Positions 13,090 to 27,520 of a DNA stretch of 64,000 nt are shown piece after piece. Numbering within the stretch: position 1 is the first letter of the stretch; every line of letters starts with the position of its first letter. The notes under the pieces are model-generated. The model saw only the letters and a list, made by a program, of their open reading frames with translations, searched no databases and had not been told where the DNA came from. The DNA is taken from positions 744,001 through 808,000 of the forward strand of contig JAYWIR010000019.1 of assembly GCA_036172245.1 (NCBI GenBank), in the 5' to 3' direction. Made by a program: the position numbers and the translations under genes. Source of the DNA: Raillietiella orientalis. Lineage: Eukaryota.

Positions 13090-14260
13090 CGCGCCGGCGT
13101 GACCGGGTGATACTCCCAAGTGTCCAGTGGAATAGGCATGCCCTGCATGGGATTCCCCAATACAACGTCTATGGCGTGTCCATTCGCCACGGCGTAAGGC
13201 AGGAAGACAGCCTGAGCCCCCTGCCCTTCAGCATCTACTTAGAGTTGGTGCTGACATAAAACAGGGAGAATCTGTGGTCCTGTGGAGCTCATGTCCGGAC
13301 ACGCCTGCTGTGTCGGCTTACGCGGTCGATCTGCTGCTGCTACTCTCATGCCCACCAGCTCTCGAAGGCTTCGAGTTGCTTAGACACGAGATGGGCTTGG
13401 AGGTGAACAGAGCGAAATCGTTCACTGGTGACAGTTTATGCGGCGTGGGTAGGGAAGCCGGACTGGATCCGCTTGGGGATCTCCACTGGAGGGTACTTGA
13501 AGTACCTTGGCGTTCCGCTGGAGGACTTCTGTCCTGCAGACGCCTGGTCCGGCCGTTTCCAAAAAATGGAGATGGTGCTCGGCCCCTTCTGGGACGACAG
13601 GTCTAATTTGAAGGAACGAGGCCGCGGTGTGGAACACGTCCGCGGCGCCCCTCCTTCACCCCCTGCTTTTCGTTTGCCCCTTCCCACCCAACATCAGGAA
13701 AAGAACTGAGGACCTCCTAAGAAAGGGCCTTTGGGGTCCAGGAAGGTCCCGAGTCCGTCTGAAAGACATTTGCTCCTCGTGAAGATGGTGGACTGAGCCT
13801 CCTTACGCTGGAGCGGATGGAGTAAAGTTCCAATTCAGAAAACTCACCCTCGCAGGGAGACTGTGGACAACGTCTTGGTGAGCACAAGCCTCCTCACCAA
13901 GAGGGCAACCGGCTGCGAGGGACTGTCGTCTTCGGTCCTCGTGGCCAACCATGCCAGTTTGAGGCATTGTGGCCTTCAGCTGAGATAGACGGTTGCCTTG
14001 GTGGAGAACACCTGGATCTCCTGCCTCTTCGCGAGCTACACTGCTTGGCTCCAGAAGTCAGTTTCCGCATGGGGAAGGATCCACGGGTCCAGCGAGGCGG
14101 GGAATGCCTGTCTGCGGGGGATGCCTGCTCTCGACAGCCGCTGCAGGAGACCGTGTGCGACCCACACTATCTGCTGTGGGTCTTGTTCACCCCCCTTGCC
14201 CCAGTGCTGCCGCTTTTGAAAGATGCAAAGGGCAGCAACCTTCTCTCAAGGTGACAGGTG
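13090..14260 (+). mobile_element. Second Tx1/L1-type RT fragment, opposite orientation
   Basis: GVRQEDSLSPLPFSIYLE (13191-13244), AYAVDL (degenerate YADD, ~13316-13333), GLEVNRAKS, LKYLGVPL. Stops and frameshifts. Confidence 0.75.
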
Positions 14261-15680
14261 TCCTGCCGCATCCAAGGCAGGAAGAAACTTTTGTGCGCGT
14301 GTATAACTCGTGAGCTCACGGACTCCGAGTGTCCCGCCAAAAGCACTTTTACGCCGGGGAGAACTGCTCGGCATCCCTCCGGAGGCAAACTCTTGATACA
14401 AATGGATGAGAGAAGTTACGCGGTGTACCTAACAGACCTCAGTCGTAATTATACGAACCGCTTAACTCCTAAACGAATGTCAGCAGATACGCAGCAGAAT
14501 CCAGGTGGGAGTGTGTTAGATCAAGACGGAAAGCAGTCACCGTTGAATTTTAGAGAACCTAATCCTTTAATAACAAGCACGCACATCTCACGATGCATCC
14601 TAAAACCAAGTAGTCAAGATTTGGGAAGCTCACTCACTGAAAGTCTATTTCGAAAAGGCGAAGGACCGCCACAACCTAAGCGCCAACGATTCTTGGACGT
14701 CATGACCGAACAAGGAGAAAAAAAAAAAAAAAAAACTGCAGTAACCTCGAGGACACCGCTCACGGCAGCCCGATCACGTGGGTAAAGTGACTTTCATCCG
14801 AAACCACGACAGCTCGGTTTCGAGGCACTTCAACTGCACAGCGGGAACACTGGCATTTCAAAATTGGACAGACACTCCTCGAGGAATGATGAATTCTTCC
14901 TCAAGAAATACTCCACGAGGAAGAATGCGGCTTCAAGGGAAAAGGGGTTTGCGGAATGCGGTCCGAGCAAAATAAAACATAGTGTTTCCCTCTTTCCAAT
15001 ATTTAAAAGAAGGGGGGGGGGGAAGGGGGAAACAAAGCTGGAGCATCAACTATGTGTTTTCCGTATCTACGAGTGCACATTCTTCTACTGCAAAGCGTCA
15101 CTCACGGGCACAGAAGTTTCCTGACCATGCAAACAGGAAATAAACAGCTGGCGCACAATACAAGTGCCAAAAAGATGTATATTAAAAAATGGTCTATCCT
15201 CAGATAATCGAAATTACGCAAGGGGTAAATGTTAAAATGCTGGCAATATAAATTGCAATGGACCCGATGATGATACAAGAAATCGGTCAATTTTACCACG
15301 GTCATCACTGCCACCGTCGCTGCCAGATCACAAAAAAAAAACACTCTGCACCAAAGTGCATTCGAAAAATCAGATTTCTATAATAGTGAAATGCCACCAC
15401 TTGAAAAAAAAAAAAAAATTCATGGCATTTCTCTTCTTTTCCTTTTTTTTTTCTTTTAGAGTTCCATGATTTTAAATCCCAAATTTTTTCATCGAAAGTA
15501 ATTACAAAATGCGGGAATTCTTTCATAAAATGGATGGCGGGCAAAGAGCAGACTCTGCTGCCTCTCGAAGAAACCGCAAAAAGGATGAGCAGAACTGTAG
15601 CCACATTTATTCGTGTCAAGTCCACACATGTTCATGTCAATGTGTATACGCATTCCATTTATTAAGTAGTGAATATTTCG

Positions 15681-18600
15681 TCAGAATCTATTGATCACTA
15701 ACCAATTCTCCTTTTTCTGTACAACCTGATTTCCGGAGATCGGACTTCTGACCCTAAGCTTTACTTCCAGTTTGCCGCCGACTTTTTTGCGCCCGTCACA
15801 CAGCTAAGTTGTTTTTGCCAACATATTCGTTTAGTGTTTGGGTGAGACCCCAACTTACGTCGAATGCATCGTGCAAGGTGCACTTGTTCTGCAGTGGCTG
15901 CAAAGGAACTTGCACGGAGCCCAACAAGAAGTCACTTCGCAAAATCCAAAATCTCCTACAAAAGAAGAGAGAAAAAAAAAAAAAAAAAAAAAAAAAACCC
16001 ACTGCTGCCAAAGCCAACAGAAAAGAAAAAAAAGAAACTGACTCTTTGCACCAAACTTCGAGTTTTAAAGATTTGACCCGGAAAACACGTGCCAGTGATC
16101 GACTTTTCCGATCAATAACAAGGAGGCATTTATGGTTGTACTCAGGGCAATTAGTGTTATATACTGCAGAAGTTTTTCCTTCTTGGAAAGCCTACAATGC
16201 ACACACATACACACACAAAAAAAAAATGCAATGCAGATATCGCCAAGATCCTTACTGAATTAGGAAAAGGAAACGCAAATCGGACGTATGTATCGACTTC
16301 ACGAGGGTTGCTGACGCTGTAACTGATTCCGGATATAATATTTAACTCCAAATCATTATCTGTGAGATCTGTGCAACACCTGCAATACACTGAATGCAGA
16401 AGAGTACAACAAGTCTTTAACATGTACGTACTCAACAACTGGACACTCTCTGATTTCGTAGTGAAAGCCAGGGAGTCGTTTCTGGCTTTCCCAGACCGTG
16501 ACCAGAAAATCCAAATCTTTCTTGTGCGTCTTCATCATTTGCTCAAAGCGATTAGCTAATGGGACGTTTCCAATGCCTTTAAGTTGGTCTCGAAGAGTGG
16601 AAGACAGCTTTACATTTTGAAGGGATAAAAAAGAGTAATTGGCACAGACGAGCAGGAACTTACCCCCCCCCCCACCCCCAATGCCTTGATTACCATCAAG
16701 GCAATCAAGACCAGCATTGGTTAATGATGCATTCACTTACATTAATTTGTTTATGCAAATCAGCCTGCAACTTGGAAAATGTTTCTGCATCTGTGGTGCA
16801 CCTAAGCTGCACAGAATCTTTGCTAATGCTGGTTGCACTCACAGTTGAGAGAACGGGAATCTAAAGCAAAATAACAGAAGAACACTTATGATGACATCAG
16901 CTAACACTTGACAAATTGACAGGAAGACCTCCTTGGGAAGCTAGTATCATAGGTTCCAAGCCTTTAGCGTATTTTAGCAATTTTTTGGCTTCTTGCAAGT
17001 TTCCTTGCTTTTTGAAATTCAGAGCGGCTACACGAAACTCTTGCTGCTTATCAAGTAAAGTCTGCAATGTTTCTGTTGACGGGAAAACTCTATAAAGAGC
17101 GAGCGCGATGTTTACGGTACTATCAACCTGAGCATGATAGGCCGGGAATAGCTGGAGTTTCGCGAGGAACGACACAAGGCTTTTCTTTGATGGTTTCTTT
17201 TTGCGCATTGGTGTGCGGCGGTGAAATTCCAGGAATGGGAGGAAACCCTACAAACAATACAAATGTCTTGAATGGATTATTTTTATACCAGGAGGTGTAG
17301 GAAGCTCATCAAATGATACTGGCTGACCAGAGCGGTGCTTCTTGATTGCTTCCTCATACTGTTTCACTATTCTACCCATTCTACGGCTTTTGCCAGCATT
17401 GTTGGCATCCACAGCTTTTTGAACTTCACTGTTGTATTTCTGCAATCTCTGCTCCAGAGCTTCAAGTGCAGATCTGGGTTCATAGGAGGGATCTGGGCTC
17501 TGAATTTCTGAAGGTGCTAATCAAAAATTCAAAAGTAAAAGTGCTCCTTTGAAAATCTAATATTACAAATAGGCTCAGCAGTCTCTTCAGGCTGGTTGGC
17601 TGAAGGACTGCCTGCATCATCAGGAGACACTTGAGACTCAGGAGGTGGCAGGTACTCAGGTAACATCGACAAATCAACAGCTTGTCCGCTTTGAAGAGCA
17701 TTGATAGCAGCATCATATTGCTTAGGATACACATACTTGAAAAATCATTTTGTGTTAGAACATACTTTTGTAATTTTGAAGTTTTTGATTGCCGATTCTT
17801 TGTTTCCTTCTCTTTTGGCCTGTAAAGCAAGACTTTTGAAGGCCTCGCGTTTCTGCTGAAGGGCACTCAAAGTTTCCTCGTCTTCTTCAAGGTTGGGATT
17901 CGAAAGGGTATCAAGGGCAGATGAAGTATCAACAGATGTATTCTGAATTACAATTCCTGCAGACTTTAAGGGGGAATCCGAGTGCTCTTCCGAATGTTTA
18001 TTTGACAATTCCCGAACAATGATGGGAGGAGGAATATCCTTTTCATTTATAGCTTTTCCACTCTGATAGTTTTGCAGCAAGCTTTCAAGTGTTTTTAAGC
18101 TCCTTGTACATCGTCTGACTTTAGCACTTTCACCCAGAAGTTTTGCACTGGCTTCTGCCAATTTATAAAGTTGCATCCTTTCCTTCAGAAGGGCCAGAAT
18201 ATTCTGCTCATCAGTGGTATCTTGCAGTGTACTTTCTTCAGCTACAATAGCGCCGGGCGCACTTCTGAAATCATCTTTTTCGCAACTGAGGCCTTTTAAT
18301 TCTTTCTATTGCACAACTACCTTAAAGCAGCATTCTAAACAAATGCATTTCACTTACTAATAACTCTGGATCATTTTCCGCATCAGATCCTTCTTTGCTG
18401 GATTCATCTTTCAAACTAGCTGCTATCATGCTTTCCAAGTCAACTGGTTCCATTAACTCTGGAAGCATTTCACAAGTTGCTTAAAAAAATAAATGTGTTA
18501 ATAAACAAATAACGCATTACAAATGAATTTTTATCCATAAGACTTACCAAGAGCACCCACATCTATCCTGCAACACCACAGACTTTAACCATTACAATAC

Positions 18601-19122
18601 ACAAAGAATTCAAAGGAAAAAAATTAGGAACATTTACATCACGGGCATGCTAAAATTCAGTATTTGAATTGATTTACAAAAACTGCGCGAATCGCAGATA
18701 CAAACTTGTGGCAATGTTTAGAAAGATTTTGCTTGCTTCAATGAAAGAGTATTCTCTTTTCAAAGTAAAAGTAGTATTCAGTTTGGATTTCTATTTAAAA
18801 ATAATACACACTTACACATGAAACCATAATTAAACCTTATTGAATCATGCAATACAAAAGGAAATCCACCTACTTGATTGTTGCTTTTTTGAGATTCTAG
18901 TGGTATCATAAGATGGTGATTGTAATGCAAGCAGTTCTGCTTCCAATTCTTCATTTTCACTATTTTCTGGAAGACTTTCTGCTCCACTTTCTGAACCACT
19001 CAAATCATGTAAATCAGAAAAAATATCCTAAAAAATCATGTATGCCCCCCCATATATACAAAGTTGATGACTACCTCAAAGCCACCGATGTTTTTCTTAT
19101 TCTTGATTGTTTGTGAAGACAT
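15681..19122 (-). CDS. CC2D1: Coiled-coil and C2 domain protein (lethal giant discs / CC2D1), multi-exon
   Basis: N-terminal ELEAELLAL and ENDPELL motifs. DM14 repeats (ERMQLYKLAE..AK..GESAKVRR; KSRRMGRIVKQYEEAIK; ALNFKKQGNLQEAK). C2 domain (DLTDNDLELNII..DTYVRFAFPFPN). Ends GRKKVGGKLEVKLRVRSP...WLVINRF* with stop at 15681-15683. ATG at 19120-19122; exons bounded by GT-AG. Confidence 0.88.
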
Positions 19123-19249
19123 AGTGTGGAAATTCACAATTTCAAACCGGTAATAATAAAAAAGAAATTACAAAAATTTTACATATCTAAAGCAACTCAT
19201 GCATCTAGAAAAGAGGTGAAAAATTCCAAACTTATTATTCAATTAAGAT

Positions 19250-21673
<2,424 letters not shown>

Positions 21674-22563
21674 TTAGAACATATACTGAGAAACCGATCT
21701 AACGTTCATAAGCAAATATGCTCTAGAGGTGAAAGCAACAACTCGGCTTCTTATAATACTAGAAAAAAGTGCAAGTAATAAGGAGAAAAAAAATGAACTC
21801 TTAATATTAACTGCGTTTTCTCATTACACCAATTAAAATGAATAACACTATTTTTGTTACGATTTGTTCTAATTATGCACTTTTTATTACAAACCACCAA
21901 ATCATTTACATTGAAGTTGTATTCAGATCAAGGTCCACATGTCAGGTATCCATAAATCTCGGTTCCTTACTTCGAACTCGAAACATGAGAAACGTTCTTG
22001 CTAACTCACACATGGATTTAATAATCTCTTCATCTTTCACCCTTGTGATTCCCACACATCATACATCACGTGCACAATTCCTCACAAAACGACCACGGTA
22101 AAACACGGAAATGTAGGATCAATCGCAGCTATTCCCTTACGACGTTTGAACACAAACTCCTGGCTCGTAAAATAAATGCAATTGCACTGATTGCTTTTTC
22201 ATAGATTGCTTCCACTGCAATTAGGGTATGTTTCTAAAACATCTACTGTGGAAGGATATCGGACGATGCTTCCCAGAAATTCGTAATCACATCTGTTCCG
22301 TGGGAAAAACATGAAAGAGAGTTGCCATCCCTGATTTGCAGGGCTGGACGATTAAAAGAATACATCACTAATTTAATCATTAATTTCACAGGAAAGAAGG
22401 TTTAGCACGGCATGGAATACTGAATGCACCCATCCTTTCAGAAAAACCAGACATTCAAAAGATTTCTGCAAAGAATACAGAAGCAACTGCGCAAGGACTA
22501 TGCAGAAGGACGAATACACACGAAGCCAGGGATGACGTGTTCTCACAACATGCATTTGTGAAA

Positions 22564-22634
22564 GCAAAGTCATTCACAAATGACTTTGAATCAACTTTAA
22601 ATCGCAGAGTCATTTGCAAATGACTCTGAATCAA
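22564..22634. repeat. Two tandem 40-bp-period units, each an inverted repeat; the second contains a perfect 24-bp palindrome
   Basis: gCAAAGTCATTcacaAATGACTTTGaatcaa followed by gCAGAGTCATTTGCAAATGACTCTGaatcaa (palindrome 22605-22628). Confidence 0.85.
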
Positions 22635-23749
22635 GATTTTCTTAGCAGACGATCTTTTTACAGGTTGAAGAGATTGTCTGGAAAATTGGAGTACTCAGGC
22701 AGTCAATCTTGGAACACTTTGGAAAGAAATGCGTGCAAATTATTATAATTGGTATTATATTGTGACCAGTACTAATAAGGTCTATTGGATGGAAATTAAT
22801 TTACAAGTGAATGTATCTAGTGATACAAATAAGGATCCCATAAGAGGTTGCAGCCAACTGAGTGCAGGATTTTAGGTGGTTACTGTAAGGTAAAAAGTAA
22901 AAAATTTCTTCCTGAAAAATCAGAAACTGAAAGAAGTGCGAAAGGACTTGCTTTGTTTCAAGCCATCTCATTATGAGTTTGTACGTTTGCTTCCTCCAGA
23001 CATTCTGCCAAGTTGATACAGAATGTTTCCTTTTATTCCAACTGTAATACAAGAAAATATTTTGAGGTTATCTTCATAAAGTGTTTAATATATTACTGAT
23101 GTCCAATATTTACAGGAGAGTATTTCATATTTAGATGAGCTTCAATGAAAAGTGGACACATTTATGGAGTATTAAATACAAAACCAGAGGAGGATATTTA
23201 ATCTAAGGGACATTGCATGTCTTAGGCAATAAGACAGAAGACTGAAACGACATGGAGTGTTGTGATATGAAGTATAATAAGGAATCGTGCTTCAATATGA
23301 TCAAATCCTGATTTTGTTCCATTCCTGTAATTGTAAAAAATTGGAAAGCTTGCAGTTCTTTTTCTGGCATTTTTCATGCATTTACAAAATTTTGGCAAAA
23401 ATTCCATATGTAAATAATTTCATGTCAATTCTTAAACTCTCAATAGTTCTATCGTTTTAGAGTTCTGAATTATAACCAACTTATGAAATCTGCCATTTTG
23501 TATTCGGTTAAGTGCATCACTTGTAATTTTCACTCTCGAATAGTTTTTCTAGCTTTCAAGACTAGAAGTTTACTAGACGGAGATCTTCGGAAAAACACAA
23601 GGGGACCGATCGGCGCCATCATCTATGCATCAGGGTAGACATTAGCACTGATTGGTAGGATGAGTCAGCATTCGTCATGATGCTACTAATCACTATTAGC
23701 GCCTCCCTTCTGGTACTAAGGAAACTGTTAATTTTCTAGAGTGCAGAAA

Positions 23750-25000
23750 AGTACTGTCCGGAAATATCTCACGCTCAGTCCTCGGAACAGTCGCTTACAG
23801 GCGACAGTGAACCAACCTTCGGCCCTGGAGAGACTCTGTGAATCAAGCAAGACGACTTGGGCCAACAGTGAAAACCTGTGGTGCTGAACGTGAAGGCTGA
23901 GGGTTCAGAGCTGAACTTAGCATTTTCCAGGAACCTTTCAGATGCTTGCTTGCTGTTACTTGTTCGGCACCCATGTCCATATACCAAGAAAGGTGAGCCT
24001 CTAGCCATGGCTGGCCTACGAGGGCACTCTTCTGACCCATCCCTTATGGCGGAGAGGGGTTAAGATTCGTGAGTCATGTAGGCGAGCACTGTCGCTCAAG
24101 ACCTGTATCCACCTGCTTCACTCCCACGACTGGTCTTCGAAGGAGCGGATTGAATGTCTTCGGTTCTTCGTGTGTTTGGTTTGGTGATTCATCGGTGCAG
24201 AGCGGGAGAATCGACCTGGAACCCAGGATCGACCTTGTGGGTCACGTTGGCTCCATCGATTGCAAACCTTCTCCTGGTGCCCACGGCATAAGGAAATGGC
24301 GTCTCGCCGTTCTCCCTTTTCCAGCATGAGGATGCCTGGACGTCATTTTCTGGGACTGGCCTACTACGAAGCGCAGGCGGGCGGATGGATGACATCTGCG
24401 TGACAAACGAATGGCCATTCGGCAGGGGATCTCTCAGGATCATGCTTTTTGATTGATTTTCATCCGAGTATTGCTTGGTTGCTGCATTTTTTCCTCACAT
24501 TGACTCAAGGGATTGCTCAGATCAAGACTAGCATTTCTTTCCCAAAGTTCCATAGAAAGCGTTCGAGTTCCTGGATCCTTTGATGCACCGGCTTTTTCAT
24601 GGGATCAATTTTACGATGGTAACGAACTGAAGTTCGTCAGCAAAGAAATCCGGAGAGGTGGCCTACCGTGCTGTCCAAGGGACAACTTTGTGGTCAGGGA
24701 TGGACAACTTCCATATTCAACATCAGCCAAGTGAAGGGCGAGTTTTTCGAAGTTAGATTTATCTACCAGTATCTGTTAACCCGTTCTTTCAATTACTCCG
24801 GTTTCAGGTTATTAAATTATGAACGGAGGCACTGCTGCTCGATGACGTCAGCATGAATTCCGTTCACCTCCATCAACCACCACAGCTCCGTAGATTCGCC
24901 AGAGTTTGAAACTGCATCTGTGTAGCTGTAATCAACTGTTAGGTCCGTTGAGGATCGACGGAAGAACACCAATATATCATCCACAAGTTTCGTCTAGCAT
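23750..25000 (-). mobile_element. Decayed Gypsy-like LTR retrotransposon (gag-protease region)
   Basis: GC-richer island. IDGANVTHKVDPGFQVD (~24210-24260) resembles the retroviral aspartyl protease I.G..V.F.VDTGAxVS. No intact ORF. Confidence 0.4.
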
Positions 25001-27360
25001 CCAGCTAAATGTTATAAAGACTGATACTTTCTTGAAAATCTACGATAACGTTTCAAATTAGGAACCGTTCCTAATGTATTTCACAGATGAATCTTATAAA
25101 TTTGTCCCTAGTGTTTGTAGTTCGATTTGCAATACAATTCCAATAAACTCCATGTATCTTATTGTCTGTCTCCCAAATCTTGAAAACTAAAGCAGAAGGT
25201 ATCCGAAAATATTTTGTATTCCATTGTTTATTAATGATTTTTTCGTATTCAGTATTTCGTATTTTTTCGTATTTCGTTTTTCGATTTCAGGCACAAGCCA
25301 TTTTAGTTGACACGGGCACTAAGCAGTCGCCCTAAGGATTTAAGGAAGCACTGAGGATTCCGACAGCATTTATTTAGGTGATACGTAAGCAAAAATGCAA
25401 GCTTTACCAAGTCTTGGAAATTCTCGTTACCGAATTCATGCTTAATGGCAGACTATTTCAGGGCACTGCAATACAATGCTTCCTACCCAATGCTTACAAT
25501 GTAATATCATTCTTTTGTTTGATTAAGGTCGCCTTCACTCTTACGTTAGTAAGAGTATTCGCATACTTCACGGATTTTTTTTGTCTGTATCACTGCTATT
25601 CTTTTAGCATTTGAACTTTTTGTCTAGTTTGTAAAGGTACAACATGAATCCTGTGTATTTTCATTTGTTGCAGTTTCTAAGCTTTAGAAGGCAATAACTG
25701 GTGTTCATTCAATCCACCAGAAGTCTCAGCATGCTTACACAATCAATTATTTCAAATTACTGTCGAATGATGAATCCCATTTCAGATACTATTAGTGGCT
25801 TCAATTTTTTCAATATTCCATCCATCTTCATCTTGGGTTTGCTCCCTGTTTCGATATTCACATCCATTGTTAATCAAGTGAGTTTTGCTCCTTCCCTGCT
25901 CATATTTTTCTCAAACACTAACAACATATTTTCTAGTTCGAGGAATGAATTTTTTAATCAAAGCATCTGCGGAGTTTCCATCCATTCTGTGGGTAAGAAT
26001 CCGGAGGAGTGCTTTTTTTGTATGTGTATGATTTCACATTACAGGTTTATCTTGTTCACTGGAGTCGCTCCAAAATTTGGAGACTGGGCAGGACTCGTAG
26101 AAACTCGCAAACGAAAAAAAAAAAACTGCATTTTTCCACATACTACATTCTATATGATTAAATGAAGACAAAAAAGAAGGGGTCTTGGAATAGACAAAAT
26201 ACCGAAATGAAAACATACCAGATAGAGCATTTATAAAAGTTCTTCGGAATAATACACTGGAAATATGTATTTCTAAAAGATGGACTATGGAAAATTCATC
26301 TCCAATTAAATGATTTATGCGTTCATAATCCACAGCATTCTGCAACTACATAATGAGTGTTTTATCGATCTAAAATATTTTTCAGATCATCTCTTGTTTT
26401 TGAAAAAATTTGGATTATGCTGTATTCATTTAAGACACAAACACATGTTATCTATTTTAGAAGGAAGTTACCGTATTATCGTTCTTTTGAGTTGCTATTT
26501 CTTGGTCTGTACGTTCCTTTTTGATTTACATTAAGATAAAGAGGATAGACAGCATGGGATGAAAATGATTGAAATTCCTTAAACTGTCCTATCGAAAAGG
26601 AAAAATATATATATTAGTAATCAGGCTTTCCTGATATCATTAATTCATTTCATTTCCCCGTATTAATTTTGGATTCAAAGTTACACCACCATCGAGAAGT
26701 TACTTAGCAACGATATTTTTCATCTTTATCAGATTACTTCATTTTAATGATTAGCTTTTCTCTAACTTGAGCTTTAGCTCTCCATATATTTCCCTCCACT
26801 TTAGTTTCTGAAGAATGTTATGATCTCAAACATGTTCGAACGATTGAAGGAAAATCAACTGTAGATTAAAATCACAGATCTGGTCATAGTTTAGGTTTTG
26901 TGGTACATGATAAAATTTTGAAACCTAAAAGTGTGTCTGTTCTTCTGATCAACCAGGCTTCAGGCATGTAGTAGTTATGAATTACTACGTCATAAACCAA
27001 TTCATTTATATTTTTTGTAATGTTTTCTGTGGTGCACATTTTTCTATCAGAAACTATTTTTTATCCCCCCACCTTAAAAAAAACAAAAAAAAATCGTCCT
27101 CCTAGACAAACATTCACAATTTCGATTTTGAATTAGCAAGTTTTAAATTAATGCATTTTCTTGGCTCCCAGAGTCAGAATTTTGTGAAAGTCATCTCTTA
27201 GGCATGCCAAAAAGGCAGCAAAAGAATTTTGGTGATTAATAATGCATTTCATGTGTTTTGTAACAAACGTTTCCTATAATTAACTTTAGGTCATTCCATT
27301 CACGCATACTTTATTATAAGGCTCTTTGATTCGTGGGCTCAATTTCAAAAGGAAATGCAA

Positions 27361-27411
27361 GTAACGTTACCAGAAAGAACTTACGCGAAATCAGCTGAAA
27401 AGGTGACGTCA
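27361..27411 (+). promoter_or_regulatory. Candidate ARIH1 proximal promoter elements
   Basis: Perfect CRE palindrome TGACGTCA (27404-27411) and palindrome GTAACGTTAC (27361-27370), 110-160 bp upstream of the ATG. Motif match only. Confidence 0.25.
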
Positions 27412-27520
27412 TTCAGTAGACTCTGACCTAGCCTTGTATTTTCTTCATAACCGTCCGTTCTATCTTTTGGAGTGTAGATGTGCATTGTTAAATTGCTGTT
27501 AGAATTGTTTAGTTAAGTCT

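Noticed and set aside
14258..14785. 175-aa plus-strand ORF after the LINE fragment
   Set aside because: Non-ATG start, runs through an A homopolymer, no recognisable domain or exon structure.
15305..15625. Signal-peptide-like ORF just downstream of CC2D1 (possible third operon gene)
   Set aside because: Starts at GTG and I could not build a consistent spliced ORF; more likely 3'UTR or intergenic.
22564..22634. CRISPR-like reading of the palindromic repeat pair
   Set aside because: Only two units, a ~9-bp spacer, eukaryotic context and no cas genes.
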